Below are positions 31,486 to 41,758 of a stretch of 64,000 nt of DNA, in pieces (position 1 is the stretch's first letter; every line of letters begins with the position of its first letter). The position numbers and the translations under genes are program-made. Under the pieces are notes generated by a model. The model had not been told where the DNA came from, ran no database searches, and saw only the letters and a program-made list of their open reading frames with translations. This DNA is from Clostridiaceae bacterium (GTDB lineage: Bacteria > Bacillota > Clostridia > Saccharofermentanales > DTU023): positions 7-64,006 of the forward strand of contig JAAYRL010000006.1 of NCBI GenBank assembly GCA_012518795.1. Direction: 5' to 3'.

Positions 31486-32730
31486 TTAATTGTTGTCGTT
31501 AATATCAGTTTGTTCTGCATGATTCGGTTGATCTATATTATTTGGTTGTGTCGGATTATTTGGCTGTGCCATGTTATTTGGTTGTTCCGAATTATTTGGC
31601 TGTGCCACGTTATAAGGTTGTACCATATTATTGGGTTGTACCGTGTTATTTGGCTGTGCCATGTTATTTGGTTGCCCAAATTGTGCTTGAGTTTGGTAAA
31701 AATCAGTCGCACTCATCGGAGGTTGATTCGGATTTCCTTGTACTGCAATATAGCCCAATTCTTCCATTGTGACCAAACCCTTACGCACTGCTTGATCACG
31801 TATCCAAGCATAAAACTCTGCATAACTTGCATTAACATAAGTTTCTAATAAAGGTCTTGTAAAAAGCATTAACGGCAAAGTTAAAAGCAATAACAAAAAC
31901 CAACCGATAAAAGAGAGATCTAAAACAAACCATTTTCCCTTGAAGCCTTGCGTCATATCTTTTGACAACTGCAATGCCCGGCTATGACCGATATTTGGAT
32001 TATCAGCCAAAATCCAAGCTGTAGCACGATAACTGTATCTTTTGACAATAGTAACTATGCCGAAACCGATCGTGATCAAAGTTCCTACACTCATGATAAC
32101 GAAAAAAACCATCAAATTCGGTATCATCTCGTTTATGATTTGTCTTTCTACATTATAAGAAGATAAGTGTAAATAATTTTCTCGCAAAAAATCTAATACG
32201 CGCCCTAAAATGATAAAAGTGTAAATTCCACCTATCAATTGGACTATAAAAATCGGAATTTGCCAAATTATCAGCCACATCTCACGCCAGGACATACCTT
32301 TAACAAGACCACCATATGATCCTTTTTTAAAACCGTTAAATAGTAAAGAAAATGCCGGTGCTTCCATTTGTTCTCTGTTACGGGAAAACCAAAGCAGTTT
32401 CCCTGTAGTTAAAATATTATTAAACAATATTTTTACCACAAACATGATCAAACCAAGAATCAACGCTGACAAAATAAAGACTTTAATTTGATCGATAAGA
32501 GATTCCAGTAAATCAAACAAGCCTTTAATATCATATGAGATGGTAGTTTGAGTTACCCTAAGACTCAAATTTATCAATGGACCGAACATGCCTAAGCTTA
32601 AGAAAACGCCAAACAACATATTAATTATGTTGTTAATAAAAGTATATGTAAGGTTTACACCATAGCCTGACCAATAACATCCTTGCTTCAAAGCATTTTT
32701 GGCCCTCGATTTAATTTCTTTTGTAGTCAT
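31486..32730 (-). CDS. DUF975-like polytopic membrane protein with C-terminal QPNNxx hexapeptide repeats
   Basis: 414 aa with multiple TM helices. The tail is QPNNMA QPNNTV QPNNMV QPYNVA QPNNSE QPNNMA QPNNPT QPNNID QPNHAE. Confidence 0.55.
   Translation of the reverse strand: MTTKEIKSRAKNALKQGCYWSGYGVNLTYTFINNIINMLFGVFLSLGMFGPLINLSLRVTQTTISYDIKGLFDLLESLIDQIKVFILSALILGLIMFVVKILFNNILTTGKLLWFSRNREQMEAPAFSLLFNGFKKGSYGGLVKGMSWREMWLIIWQIPIFIVQLIGGIYTFIILGRVLDFLRENYLHLSSYNVERQIINEMIPNLMVFFVIMSVGTLITIGFGIVTIVKRYSYRATAWILADNPNIGHSRALQLSKDMTQGFKGKWFVLDLSFIGWFLLLLLTLPLMLFTRPLLETYVNASYAEFYAWIRDQAVRKGLVTMEELGYIAVQGNPNQPPMSATDFYQTQAQFGQPNNMAQPNNTVQPNNMVQPYNVAQPNNSEQPNNMAQPNNPTQPNNIDQPNHAEQTDINDNN
31513..31674 (-). 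repeat. In-frame 18-bp tandem repeat x9 at the 3' end of the DUF975 gene
   Basis: Encodes aa 353-406 as nine QP(N/Y)Nxx units. The array ends 8 codons before the stop. Confidence 0.9.
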
Positions 32731-32774
32731 AACTTCTCCTATAAAACTTATGGTATAACTTTAAATCTAACAAA

Positions 32775-35255
32775 TTAATTTTGAGTTTTATTCTCGGAAT
32801 TTGCTGAAATCAAAAACTGTTGCTCCTCGCTCCAAGTCACAATTATTTCTTTGGTATTTTCAAAATCTCCAGCCAACAATTTGTCAGCTAAAGGATCTTC
32901 CAGTTTACGTTGAATTGCTTTTCTTAAAGGTCTTGCTCCATATTTAGGATTGTAGCCTTCTTTAGCTAAAGCATCGCGCGCAGCATCAGTTACTGTTAAA
33001 ATCATACCATGTCCTTTGACATCAGCCTCAACCTCTTGCAACATCAAATCTACAATCTGACGAATTTCAGCTTTAGTCAATTCTTTGAACACGATAATTT
33101 CATCTATTCTGTTGAGAAATTCCGGACGGAAAATATCTTGCATTGCTGTCTGGACACGGCTTTCCATCGCAATATGACCATCATCGCCGAATCCGATACT
33201 ATGAGCCTTTAACGTTGTACCGGCATTTGAAGTCATAATAATTACTGTATTTTCAAAATTAATCACTCTGCCTTGACTGTCAGTCAAACGTCCGTCATCT
33301 AATATCTGCAGCAGAATATTATAAATATCCGGGTGAGCTTTTTCTATTTCATCAAATAAAACTACACTGTAAGGTCGACGTCTGATTTTTTCCGTTAATT
33401 GACCACCATCATCATATCCGACATATCCCGGCGGAGAACCGATTAATTTACTTACGGTATGAGGTTCAGTAAATTCCGACATGTCAAGTCGTACTAAGGA
33501 ATCTTTTTCTTCGAACAAGGTTTCCGCAAGTGCTTTCACTAATTCGGTTTTACCGACTCCGGTCGGTCCGACAAAGAAGAATGACGGCGGCTTGTTAATT
33601 GAACCAAAACCTGCTCTTTTGCGACGGATCGCTCGTGAGACTGCATTTACAGCATCTTCTTGTCCGACAATTCGTTCATGGAGACGTTCTTCCAAATGTA
33701 ATAATTTTTCCGTTTCAGCTTCAGTTATTTGCTGAACAGGAATTCCTGTCCACATTTCAACAACTTCTGCAATTTCATTGACACCTATTTGTACAGGTTT
33801 TAACAATTCAGTTACTTCTTTTAATCTGCGATTAACCTTTAATTGCTCAGATCTCAATTCAGCATCCTTTTCATAGAGCTCTAAAGATTTTTCTTCATCC
33901 GAAGTTTCAATCAATTTCTCATAGGAAGTTGCAATTGCATCATTTAATTCCGCTAAACGATCTTCCAATTCTTTTTGTTCAACTAATAAATCATTATCTA
34001 AATTAACTCTTGAACCGGCTTCATCAATAATATCAATCGCTTTATCAGGCAAATATCTTTCGTGAATATAACGGTCAGATAATTGTACTGCAGCTCTGAT
34101 CGCTGCTCCTGAATAAGTTACAAAATGATGTTTTTCGTAATAATCTCGGACTCCATTTAGAATTTCTATTGCTTCCGCTTGAGTCGGCTCATCAATAATC
34201 ACCTTTTGAAAACGTCTTTCCAAAGCCGAATCTCTTTCAATAAATCTGCGATATTCATCCAAAGTAGTTGAACCGATCACGGAAACATCACCTTTTGCTA
34301 AGGCAGGCTTTAAAATATTGGCTGCATTCATTGCCCCTTCAGCATCTCCTGCCCCCATGATATTATGTAGTTCATCAATTACCAAAATAACATTGCCATC
34401 TCTTTTAGCATCTTCCACTACACCCTTCATCCGACTTTCAAATTGACCTCTAAATTGTGTGCCGGCTACCATTGTCGTCATATCCAATTGATACACCTGT
34501 TTATCCAGTAATTTGGCAGGAACTTCTTTACTGACTATTTTTACGGCTAAGCCTTCAGCTATCGCTGTCTTGCCTACACCCGGTTCGCCGATCAGTGCCG
34601 GATTATTCTTAGTTCTCCGATTCAATATTTGGATAACCCGATTCAATTCTTCATCACGACCGATTATTCTATCAATTTCACCATGTTTAGCTTTTTCGGT
34701 CAGATTTGTTCCAAATTGATCAAGAAATTTATTGCGTCTTGTTCTGCGTCTGGTATTCTGCGGTCGTGAACTTTGAGAGTTGGTGCCTGTATCTTCCTGA
34801 TCAGCACCAATACTGCTGTCAATTGTGGCTGCCAGTAAACTGCCGGATTTATTATCTGAATCAGGCTTGCTTTGATTCCCGGCATTAATCTCTGAGTTTT
34901 CAGAATCTTCAAGATCATCGGAATCATCGTCATCACCAAAACCACCCAGATCATCAAAGTTCAATCCTTCCATCATCAAACCGAATTCATTATTAGCATC
35001 TGAATCCATGAATGATTTAAATAATTCAAACGGATTGCTATCGCCCATCTGCTCCAATACGGAATTCATTCTACTCTGAATTTGATCAATATTCTCTTCG
35101 TTGATACCGGATTTTTTAAACAGCGGTTCAAGTCCTCCGATATTCATGTCAAAAGCACATTTTAAACAAATGCCCTCACTAACAGTTTCATTGTTTTCAA
35201 TGCGCGTAGTATAAATCACTGCTGTGTTTTTTTTGCATATTTGGCATATAGACAT
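32775..35255 (-). CDS. clpE: ClpE-type AAA+ unfoldase (double-ring Clp ATPase with N-terminal zinc ribbon)
   Basis: N-terminal CQICKK...CLKC zinc ribbon instead of a Clp_N domain, then an acidic low-complexity linker. It has two Walker A motifs (GEPGVGKT, GPTGVGKT) and an IGF-type ClpP-docking loop (HSIGFGDD). Confidence 0.7.
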   Translation of the reverse strand: MSICQICKKNTAVIYTTRIENNETVSEGICLKCAFDMNIGGLEPLFKKSGINEENIDQIQSRMNSVLEQMGDSNPFELFKSFMDSDANNEFGLMMEGLNFDDLGGFGDDDDSDDLEDSENSEINAGNQSKPDSDNKSGSLLAATIDSSIGADQEDTGTNSQSSRPQNTRRRTRRNKFLDQFGTNLTEKAKHGEIDRIIGRDEELNRVIQILNRRTKNNPALIGEPGVGKTAIAEGLAVKIVSKEVPAKLLDKQVYQLDMTTMVAGTQFRGQFESRMKGVVEDAKRDGNVILVIDELHNIMGAGDAEGAMNAANILKPALAKGDVSVIGSTTLDEYRRFIERDSALERRFQKVIIDEPTQAEAIEILNGVRDYYEKHHFVTYSGAAIRAAVQLSDRYIHERYLPDKAIDIIDEAGSRVNLDNDLLVEQKELEDRLAELNDAIATSYEKLIETSDEEKSLELYEKDAELRSEQLKVNRRLKEVTELLKPVQIGVNEIAEVVEMWTGIPVQQITEAETEKLLHLEERLHERIVGQEDAVNAVSRAIRRKRAGFGSINKPPSFFFVGPTGVGKTELVKALAETLFEEKDSLVRLDMSEFTEPHTVSKLIGSPPGYVGYDDGGQLTEKIRRRPYSVVLFDEIEKAHPDIYNILLQILDDGRLTDSQGRVINFENTVIIMTSNAGTTLKAHSIGFGDDGHIAMESRVQTAMQDIFRPEFLNRIDEIIVFKELTKAEIRQIVDLMLQEVEADVKGHGMILTVTDAARDALAKEGYNPKYGARPLRKAIQRKLEDPLADKLLAGDFENTKEIIVTWSEEQQFLISANSENKTQN

Positions 35256-35412
35256 ATTGTTTTTGTATTCCTATCTATATAATCTAAAATCTATTCTTGT
35301 ATTTTTCATATATTTACGTATCTTGTAATTTGTATTCAGTATACGATAATTATTGAATTTTATCGATTGCATATTTAATTTTATAGTATAAATTTTTATA
35401 AAGTAAATCAGG

Positions 35413-38337
35413 TCAATCAATTTTCTTAAGTTTAGGATATTCACGTTTTAAAATCTGTTGTAAGTATTTCCCGGTATATGAGTCAGAAATTTCCGCTATT
35501 TCTTCCGGTGTGCCTTGTGCCACAATTTCACCACCGCCATCTCCACCTTCAGGTCCTAAATCAATAATATAGTCTGCTGTTTTTATTACATCTAAATTAT
35601 GTTCTATAACTAAAACACTATTACCTTTCTCAGTCAATCTCTGCAAAATGTTAACCAAACGATGAACATCGGCACTGTGTAATCCGGTAGTCGGCTCATC
35701 CAGGATATAAAAGGTTTTACCGGTGCTTGTTCTTGAAAGCTCGGTTGCTAATTTAACTCTTTGTGCTTCACCACCCGACAATTGAGTTGAAGGCTGACCG
35801 AGTTTAATATAGCCTAAACCCACATCCACCATAGTTTGAAGTTTATTAACAATTTTCGGTATATTTGCAAAAAAATGGTATGCATCTTCTACCGTCATAT
35901 CTAAAATGTCAGCAATATTCTTATCTTTATATTTTACTTCCAAAGTTTCCCGATTATAGCGTTTACCTTTACAAACTTCGCAAGTCACATATACATCCGG
36001 TAAAAAATGCATTTCAATTCTATTAACTCCATCACCTTTACACGCTTCACAACGCCCGCCCTTGACATTAAAACTGAAACGCCCTTTCTTATATCCTCTG
36101 GCTTTAGCAGTTCTGGTTTCAGCAAAAAGATCACGAATCTCAGTGAAAACACCTGTATAGGTTGCCGGGTTGGAACGCGGAGTTCTGCCGATCGGAGATT
36201 GATCAATCGCTATAACCTTATCTAAATATTCCAAACCTTGTATTGATTTGAAAGGACCGTTAAATTTACGTGCCCCATTCAAAACCTCTGCCATTTTCTT
36301 TAAAAGGATCCCGTTAATTAGGGAACTCTTACCGGAACCGGAAACTCCGGTAACACAGACAAATATTCCTAAAGGAATATTGACATCAATATATTTCAAA
36401 TTATTTTGGTGACAACCTGTAAGCCGCACGGAATGTCCATTTGATTGACGACGTTTTGCCGGAATAGGTATTCTTTTAACACCTGATAAATATTGACCGG
36501 TAATTGATCTCGGATTTGTCATAATTTCTTCCGGTCTGCCCATAGCAACAACTTCACCGCCATGTACACCGGCACCCGGACCGATATCTACAACATTATC
36601 GGCTTCCCAAATCGTTTCTTCATCATGTTCTACTACGATTACAGTATTACCCAAATCACGCAAATGTTTTAATGTATTGAGCAAGCGCGAATTATCTCTT
36701 TGATGTAGTCCGATGCTGGGCTCGTCCAGAACATAGAGTACTCCGGTCAGACCGGAACCGATTTGAGTTGCTAAACGTATGCGCTGGGCTTCTCCGCCGG
36801 ATAAACTGGCGGAAGCTCTCGCTAAAGTCAGGTAATCCAAACCGACTTCCAATAAAAATTGCAAGCGACCGGACAATTCACGTAAAATTGGTCTTGCAAT
36901 TTGATTTTTATAAGAGTCAAGTTGAATATTGTCTAAAAAAGTCTTACTTTCCGTAATTGGCAGAAGCGTCAATTCATAAATGTTAAGACCGCCAATTCTG
37001 ACTGAAAGACTTTCCTGATTCAAACGTGCACCATGGCAAATCGGACAAGGTGTAACCGAAATATAGCGTTCATAATATTCTTTGCTGTCACCGGAGGCTT
37101 CCGTATATCTTTTCGTCATGCTCGGAATTACTCCGATCCAATCACGTTTATATTCTGCGCCTCGATTAAATTTACTGTTACTCGTATCAATTGACAGAAT
37201 TTCTCCATCATTGCCATATAAAACAATATCACGGATTTTCTGCGGTAAATCTTGCCAAGGCATATCTAAAGAAAAATCATAACGTTCTGCCAACGCCTCA
37301 ATAAAACCGCGCGCCCAACTTTTACGGTCGGAAAATTTCCAGCCGATTGCTTGAATTGCTCCCTCATTTAAGGAAAGCGTCGGATCATGAATTACCAATT
37401 TCGGATCAATTTCTGCCATTTCGCCCAAACCGTCACAACCAGGACAAGCCCCAATCGGATTGTTAAAAGAAAAAGACCTGGGCGAGATTTCACTAATACT
37501 AATATCACAATCAGGACAGCTAAAATGTTGAGAGTATAAATGCCAATCCGACAAATTCCGTTCAGAATCAGATTGTAAAACATTAATTAAAGCTAAACCG
37601 TTACTCAAATTAAGACAAGTTTCCAAAGAATCGGCTAAACGACTTTCAATTCCTTCACGCATGACCAAACGATCCACGACAACTTCAATATTATGTTTTT
37701 TATTTTTTTTCAATTTAAAATCTTCCGGTAAATCGTCTAAGTAAAGAATTTCACCATCTACTCTGATTCGTGCATAACCTTCTCTGCGAAAATGATTAAA
37801 CTGATTTTTGAACTCACCTTTGCGTTCCCGTACTATCGGTGCATAAAGTATCATTTTTGTTTTTGCAGGATACTGCATAATTTGATCAATCATCTGATCA
37901 ATCGTCTGTTGTTCAATAATTCTGCCACATTTTGGACAATGTACTGTACCGGCTCTGGCATAAAGTAACCGTAAATAATCATAAATTTCTGTTATGGTTC
38001 CTACTGTAGATCGCGGATTATTTGAAGTCGATTTTTGGTCAATAGCTATAGCCGGTGACAATCCTTCAATACGGTCTACATCCGGTTTTTCCATTTGTCC
38101 TAAAAATTGTCTGGCGTAAGACGACAAGGATTCAACATAACGTCTTTGTCCTTCAGCATAAATTGTGTCAAAAGCCAGAGAAGACTTACCGCTGCCTGAT
38201 AATCCGGTAATGACAGTCAATTTATTACGTGGAATTTTCAATGAAATGTTTTTCAAATTATGGGCACGTGCACCATAAATTGCTAAATCATCTTTATTAT
38301 AATTTAAATATTTCTCTGTAATAGAATTAACATCCAT
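35413..38337 (-). CDS. uvrA: Excinuclease ABC subunit A
   Basis: 974 aa with two ABC modules ([20 protein letters not shown]), zinc-finger cysteines and LSGGEAQR x2. Confidence 0.95.
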   Translation of the reverse strand: MDVNSITEKYLNYNKDDLAIYGARAHNLKNISLKIPRNKLTVITGLSGSGKSSLAFDTIYAEGQRRYVESLSSYARQFLGQMEKPDVDRIEGLSPAIAIDQKSTSNNPRSTVGTITEIYDYLRLLYARAGTVHCPKCGRIIEQQTIDQMIDQIMQYPAKTKMILYAPIVRERKGEFKNQFNHFRREGYARIRVDGEILYLDDLPEDFKLKKNKKHNIEVVVDRLVMREGIESRLADSLETCLNLSNGLALINVLQSDSERNLSDWHLYSQHFSCPDCDISISEISPRSFSFNNPIGACPGCDGLGEMAEIDPKLVIHDPTLSLNEGAIQAIGWKFSDRKSWARGFIEALAERYDFSLDMPWQDLPQKIRDIVLYGNDGEILSIDTSNSKFNRGAEYKRDWIGVIPSMTKRYTEASGDSKEYYERYISVTPCPICHGARLNQESLSVRIGGLNIYELTLLPITESKTFLDNIQLDSYKNQIARPILRELSGRLQFLLEVGLDYLTLARASASLSGGEAQRIRLATQIGSGLTGVLYVLDEPSIGLHQRDNSRLLNTLKHLRDLGNTVIVVEHDEETIWEADNVVDIGPGAGVHGGEVVAMGRPEEIMTNPRSITGQYLSGVKRIPIPAKRRQSNGHSVRLTGCHQNNLKYIDVNIPLGIFVCVTGVSGSGKSSLINGILLKKMAEVLNGARKFNGPFKSIQGLEYLDKVIAIDQSPIGRTPRSNPATYTGVFTEIRDLFAETRTAKARGYKKGRFSFNVKGGRCEACKGDGVNRIEMHFLPDVYVTCEVCKGKRYNRETLEVKYKDKNIADILDMTVEDAYHFFANIPKIVNKLQTMVDVGLGYIKLGQPSTQLSGGEAQRVKLATELSRTSTGKTFYILDEPTTGLHSADVHRLVNILQRLTEKGNSVLVIEHNLDVIKTADYIIDLGPEGGDGGGEIVAQGTPEEIAEISDSYTGKYLQQILKREYPKLKKID

Positions 38338-38342
38338 TGTTA

Positions 38343-39224
38343 TTATTTCAAATCCCCTATTTCATGACTTTGATTTAAATGATAAGCCATAATTCCGAAC
38401 GCAATAGCTGCATTCAAAGATTCCGCATCCCCCGGCATCGTTATTGTTAAATTATGATCGGCAATCTGTTTAATTGAATCACTTAATCCATGAGCTTCAT
38501 TGCCGATTGTCAAAACAAAACCGGCAAATGTACTATCAAGTTTGAATTCAGGCAATGGCTCACCATCAAGGTCAGATATTAATATTTGCAATTGATATTG
38601 TTTTGCCAAATTTGCCAGTTCAGCATGAGAATTTAAACTTATTAAATCTAAAGCAAATAGAGATCCCATAGTAGCTCGCATCAATTTAGGATTATACGGA
38701 TCTACCGTTCCTTCGCTCAAGACAATGCCCGTGAAGTCAAATGCATGTGCTGTCCTGATCATCGTTCCGACATTGCCCGGATCTGCCAATTGATCAAACA
38801 ATGCCAATTTAATCTGTTTATCTTTTGCCTGAAAAACTGCTGCATTGCTACTTAACCAATTTGCCAAATTAACAAGATTAGGCTTTTTTATAATAAAAAT
38901 GATACCTTGAGGATTTTTTACATCTGCTACAGCATTAAATAAACCAGGAGCCAAACGGAAAATCTGATTATAATTAAATTTTTTTCGAAAAATCCAATTC
39001 TTTACTTTCTCAAAGATATACTCACCCATGCTATCGTTGCTGAAAAGAATTGTCACAATTTCCACATGATGTTCAATAGCAGTCAGACAAGATCTCAAGC
39101 CCTCAATGATTAAAAGTCCTTGTTTTTTTATACCCTGAGTTGTATTTAATCTATTCCAGTTTTTAAAGCGCGAGTTTTGTCGAGCACTGATTAACGTTAA
39201 TTCTTCAAATATTAAATCATCCAT
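38343..39224 (-). CDS. TrmH/SpoU-family RNA 2'-O-methyltransferase
   Basis: SPOUT motifs ([31 protein letters not shown]). Confidence 0.8.
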   Translation of the reverse strand: MDDLIFEELTLISARQNSRFKNWNRLNTTQGIKKQGLLIIEGLRSCLTAIEHHVEIVTILFSNDSMGEYIFEKVKNWIFRKKFNYNQIFRLAPGLFNAVADVKNPQGIIFIIKKPNLVNLANWLSSNAAVFQAKDKQIKLALFDQLADPGNVGTMIRTAHAFDFTGIVLSEGTVDPYNPKLMRATMGSLFALDLISLNSHAELANLAKQYQLQILISDLDGEPLPEFKLDSTFAGFVLTIGNEAHGLSDSIKQIADHNLTITMPGDAESLNAAIAFGIMAYHLNQSHEIGDLK

Positions 39225-39303
39225 TTTTCAAGTATATTCTGATTCTAAAATTATTTAAAGGCATAAATGACAATATGATATATAATCCGGTTTTTTCAAA
39301 AAA

Positions 39304-39342
39304 GGTGTTGTCTCAAAAAATTACTTCTTAAGAAACAGCCCC
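39304..39342 (-). terminator. Terminator-like hairpin; left copy of a duplicated 31-nt element
   Basis: Minus strand reads GGGGCUGUUUC-loop-GAGACAACACC followed by UUUUUU. Positions 39311-39341 match 40955-40985 at 28 of 31, including an identical 20-nt run, TCTCAAAAAATTACTTCTTA (most of one stem arm plus the entire loop). Confidence 0.5.
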
Positions 39343-39351
39343 TTATTCTAC

Positions 39352-40194
39352 TTATTCTATATCTTCTTTATCAATCTTGGATAAAATTGAATCAAATACG
39401 TCCGCTCGTGGTGAAACTTCACTGTTTTTTACTGCTTCTATCGTTTGTTTTCTGCTAACAAGAGCATTTTTTGTAACAACAGAGCCTGTCGCTGTTTGCA
39501 AAGCCGGAACTAGTTTTGTGCGAATGGCAAATATAATACCGGCTCCGACCAAAAGCACCATCGGTATAAGCAACCACAACAAACCTGTATTTTTGTCCTC
39601 AGCTATGTCTCTCTGGTCCTCGTCCACAAAAGCCTCGCTTTGGAATACCACAACCTTGTCGCCATAGAGTTCCTTGAACAGTTTTGTATACTCGGCAAAT
39701 ATGCTGCTGTCTACTTCTACTACAACACGCGCTTCTCTTCCGCTGTCTCCAAAGCCCGGCGCCCCGTCACCTACTCCTCCCCAACCGACACTGAGACCAT
39801 AAAATAGTTTATTATTTTCAAAATATTCGGAGGAGATCTCGTTGGCAATCGTCATTAATTCATTGTATGAATATTTAGCACTTCCAAAGGAAAGGCCGGA
39901 ATCGTTTATTAGCATGCTGCGAATTTGATCCTCCGCCGTACCGTCATCTCCTACAAGAAGAACGGTAAGATTGTTTGTACTTCCGTCCGTGCTGTATACA
40001 AATCCGACATAATCGGGATACCCGTTTGTTTCCCAATGTTCATACAGGGCTGCAATGTTTTCATAAGTAACATGATTGATCGATGATTCCTGTACGATAA
40101 ACTCTGAATCGCTGTTTGAATCAGTTGCCAACACAGTTATTGAAAAAGATAAAATACACGTGAGTGCTATTAAAAAAGCTATTAATTTTTTCAT
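39352..40194 (-). CDS. Signal-peptide protein with a single C-terminal TM anchor, co-translated with the ECF sigma factor
   Basis: 280 aa with N-terminal MKKLIAFLIALTCILSFSITVLA, a TM helix LLWLLIPMVLLVGAGIIFAI near residue 205, and a ~55-aa tail. Its SD AAGGAGG is formed by the last codons of the sigma gene. I recognise no family. Confidence 0.5.
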   Translation of the reverse strand: MKKLIAFLIALTCILSFSITVLATDSNSDSEFIVQESSINHVTYENIAALYEHWETNGYPDYVGFVYSTDGSTNNLTVLLVGDDGTAEDQIRSMLINDSGLSFGSAKYSYNELMTIANEISSEYFENNKLFYGLSVGWGGVGDGAPGFGDSGREARVVVEVDSSIFAEYTKLFKELYGDKVVVFQSEAFVDEDQRDIAEDKNTGLLWLLIPMVLLVGAGIIFAIRTKLVPALQTATGSVVTKNALVSRKQTIEAVKNSEVSPRADVFDSILSKIDKEDIE

Positions 40195-40195
40195 G

Positions 40196-40711
40196 TTAAA
40201 CCTCCTTAAAAATAGATCGTAATTGTTTAATACCCTTCTGGTATCTCCAAAGAACTGTTCCCAAAGGAATATTCATCACATCGGAAATTTCCCGAAATTT
40301 CAGTCCGCCATTAATGCGCAAGGACACTATTTGACATTCCAGCAAAGGCAGGGTCTTCATGGCATGATCAATATCCATTTTAGTAGTAAAGTCGTCAAGC
40401 GGAAGATACACAATGTTCTCAACACTATCCCAATTAGCATACTGTGGAAGTTTTCGCACATGATCAATTGCCAAATTGCGCGCCATCTGGAATAAATATG
40501 CACGAGGCTTCCTGATCGGGGGCTTAGGCGGCGACTTGTACAATTTGAAGAAAACTTCCTGTAATATGTCCTCTGATAACGACCTGTCCCGCGTAATTCG
40601 CAAGATAATCGTATACATCGGCGTCTTTAGGTGGTTGTAAATATCTTCAAATGCTGTCTTATCGCCACTTTGTAAAGCCATAAGTTTGCTTCTCAAGCTT
40701 TCATTATCCAT
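40196..40711 (-). CDS. ECF-type sigma-70 family factor
   Basis: Region 2 (DILQEVFFKLY..YLFQMARNLAIDHVRK) and region 4 HTH (LKFREISDVMNIPLGTVLWRYQKGIKQL). The track start GTG at 40729 contains the SD; ATG at 40711 follows AGGAGA. Confidence 0.85.
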   Translation of the reverse strand: MDNESLRSKLMALQSGDKTAFEDIYNHLKTPMYTIILRITRDRSLSEDILQEVFFKLYKSPPKPPIRKPRAYLFQMARNLAIDHVRKLPQYANWDSVENIVYLPLDDFTTKMDIDHAMKTLPLLECQIVSLRINGGLKFREISDVMNIPLGTVLWRYQKGIKQLRSIFKEV

Positions 40712-40948
40712 GCTTATTTCTCCTTTCACTAACTATGACGAAATTGAGCTGTGATTTATTGGCAGCACTTAAGTATTTTTCAAAGCCAGAGCAACTGAGA
40801 TAAAAAAGTAGTACAGAAAATGGGCTATACAACGCAACTAGCTTCTTTATATTTGCAATGAGAAAAAGCCAGTCTAACGGAACCGCTTTTTGTCAAAACA
40901 GAATGTATGTTACTTGCAAGCTCTAGCTTCATTTTTCGCAAAAACAAA

Positions 40949-40985
40949 GGACTATCTCAAAAAATTACTTCTTATGAGACAGTCC
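40949..40985 (-). terminator. rplT operon terminator; right copy of the duplicated element
   Basis: Minus strand reads GGACUGUCUCA-loop-UGAGAUAGUCC (10 of 11 bp) followed by UUUGUUUUUG. Confidence 0.65.
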
Positions 40986-41120
40986 ATATTATTATTTTGG
41001 GTTTTGTTATTATATTCTGCTATTCAGCAAAACAAAAACCCCGGGATTTCAATATAATCAGTATTCTGATATTTTAGTAAAACAAATATTTCAATATTCT
41101 GGAATATTAACAAAATACTT

Positions 41121-41474
41121 TTACAAAGCTTTTTTTGCTGTTTCACAGATTGCTGCGAAAGCAGCTTTATCGTTTACAGCCATATCCGCTAAAATCTTTC
41201 TGTCCAATTGAATGTCCGATAATTTTAAACCATGCATCAAACGGCTATAAGAAATATCATTTAATCTGGCAGCTGCATTTATTCTGCTAATCCAAAGTTT
41301 TCTGAAATCACGTTTTTTTGTACGACGATCTCTATATGCGTAGACACCGGACTTCATCACTTGTTGATGCGCTACACGAAATAATTTACTCTTGCTGCCA
41401 AAATAGCCTTTTGCTTGTTTTAATACTCTTTTATGGCGTCTTCTCGTTTTTACGCCTCGTTTCACTCTTGACAT
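41121..41474 (-). CDS. rplT: 50S ribosomal protein L20
   Basis: 117 aa beginning [26 protein letters not shown]. Confidence 0.97.
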   Translation of the reverse strand: MSRVKRGVKTRRRHKRVLKQAKGYFGSKSKLFRVAHQQVMKSGVYAYRDRRTKKRDFRKLWISRINAAARLNDISYSRLMHGLKLSDIQLDRKILADMAVNDKAAFAAICETAKKAL

Positions 41475-41492
41475 AGGTTACCTCCAGCTTAA

Positions 41493-41690
41493 TTATTTGT
41501 ACGGAATTAAACGTCTGATTCTCTTTGTATCAGGCTCACTGGCTACGATTATTTGACGTAATTTACGTTTGCGTTTTGTAGTCTTCTTATTCAGAATATG
41601 TTTTTTATAGGCTTGTGAACGTTTTACCTTACCGGTACCCGTAACTTTAAATCTTTTCTTTGAAGAGCTGTGTGTTTTTTGTTTTGCCAT
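41493..41690 (-). CDS. rpmI: 50S ribosomal protein L35
   Basis: MAKQKTHSSSKKRFKVTGTGKVKR from ATG at 41690, preceded by a G-rich SD. The track ORF is extended 9 codons upstream. Confidence 0.93.
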   Translation of the reverse strand: MAKQKTHSSSKKRFKVTGTGKVKRSQAYKKHILNKKTTKRKRKLRQIIVASEPDTKRIRRLIPYK

Positions 41691-41758
41691 ATAGACCCCC
41701 CTTGTCTTCAATATCAATTTTTATCATTAATTCAAACTCCATTAAACCGAATTCGAAT

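Larger units (their letters stand above)
39311..40985 (-). other. Putative horizontally acquired two-gene cassette (sigma plus membrane partner) bracketed by direct repeats
   Basis: Hand counts of sample 60-nt lines give about 50-63% GC inside (39601-39660, 39721-39780, 40501-40560) versus about 40-43% in the flanking genes. It is flanked by 31-nt imperfect direct repeats. Confidence 0.4.

Noticed and set aside
31468-31848. Plus-strand ORF with IIWLC/VIWLC repeats (and 31542-31772)
   Set aside because: It is the antisense shadow of the QPNNxx coding repeats of the minus-strand DUF975 gene.
35256-35412. CtsR operator upstream of the ClpE-type gene
   Set aside because: No GGTCAAA heptad direct repeat is present on either strand.
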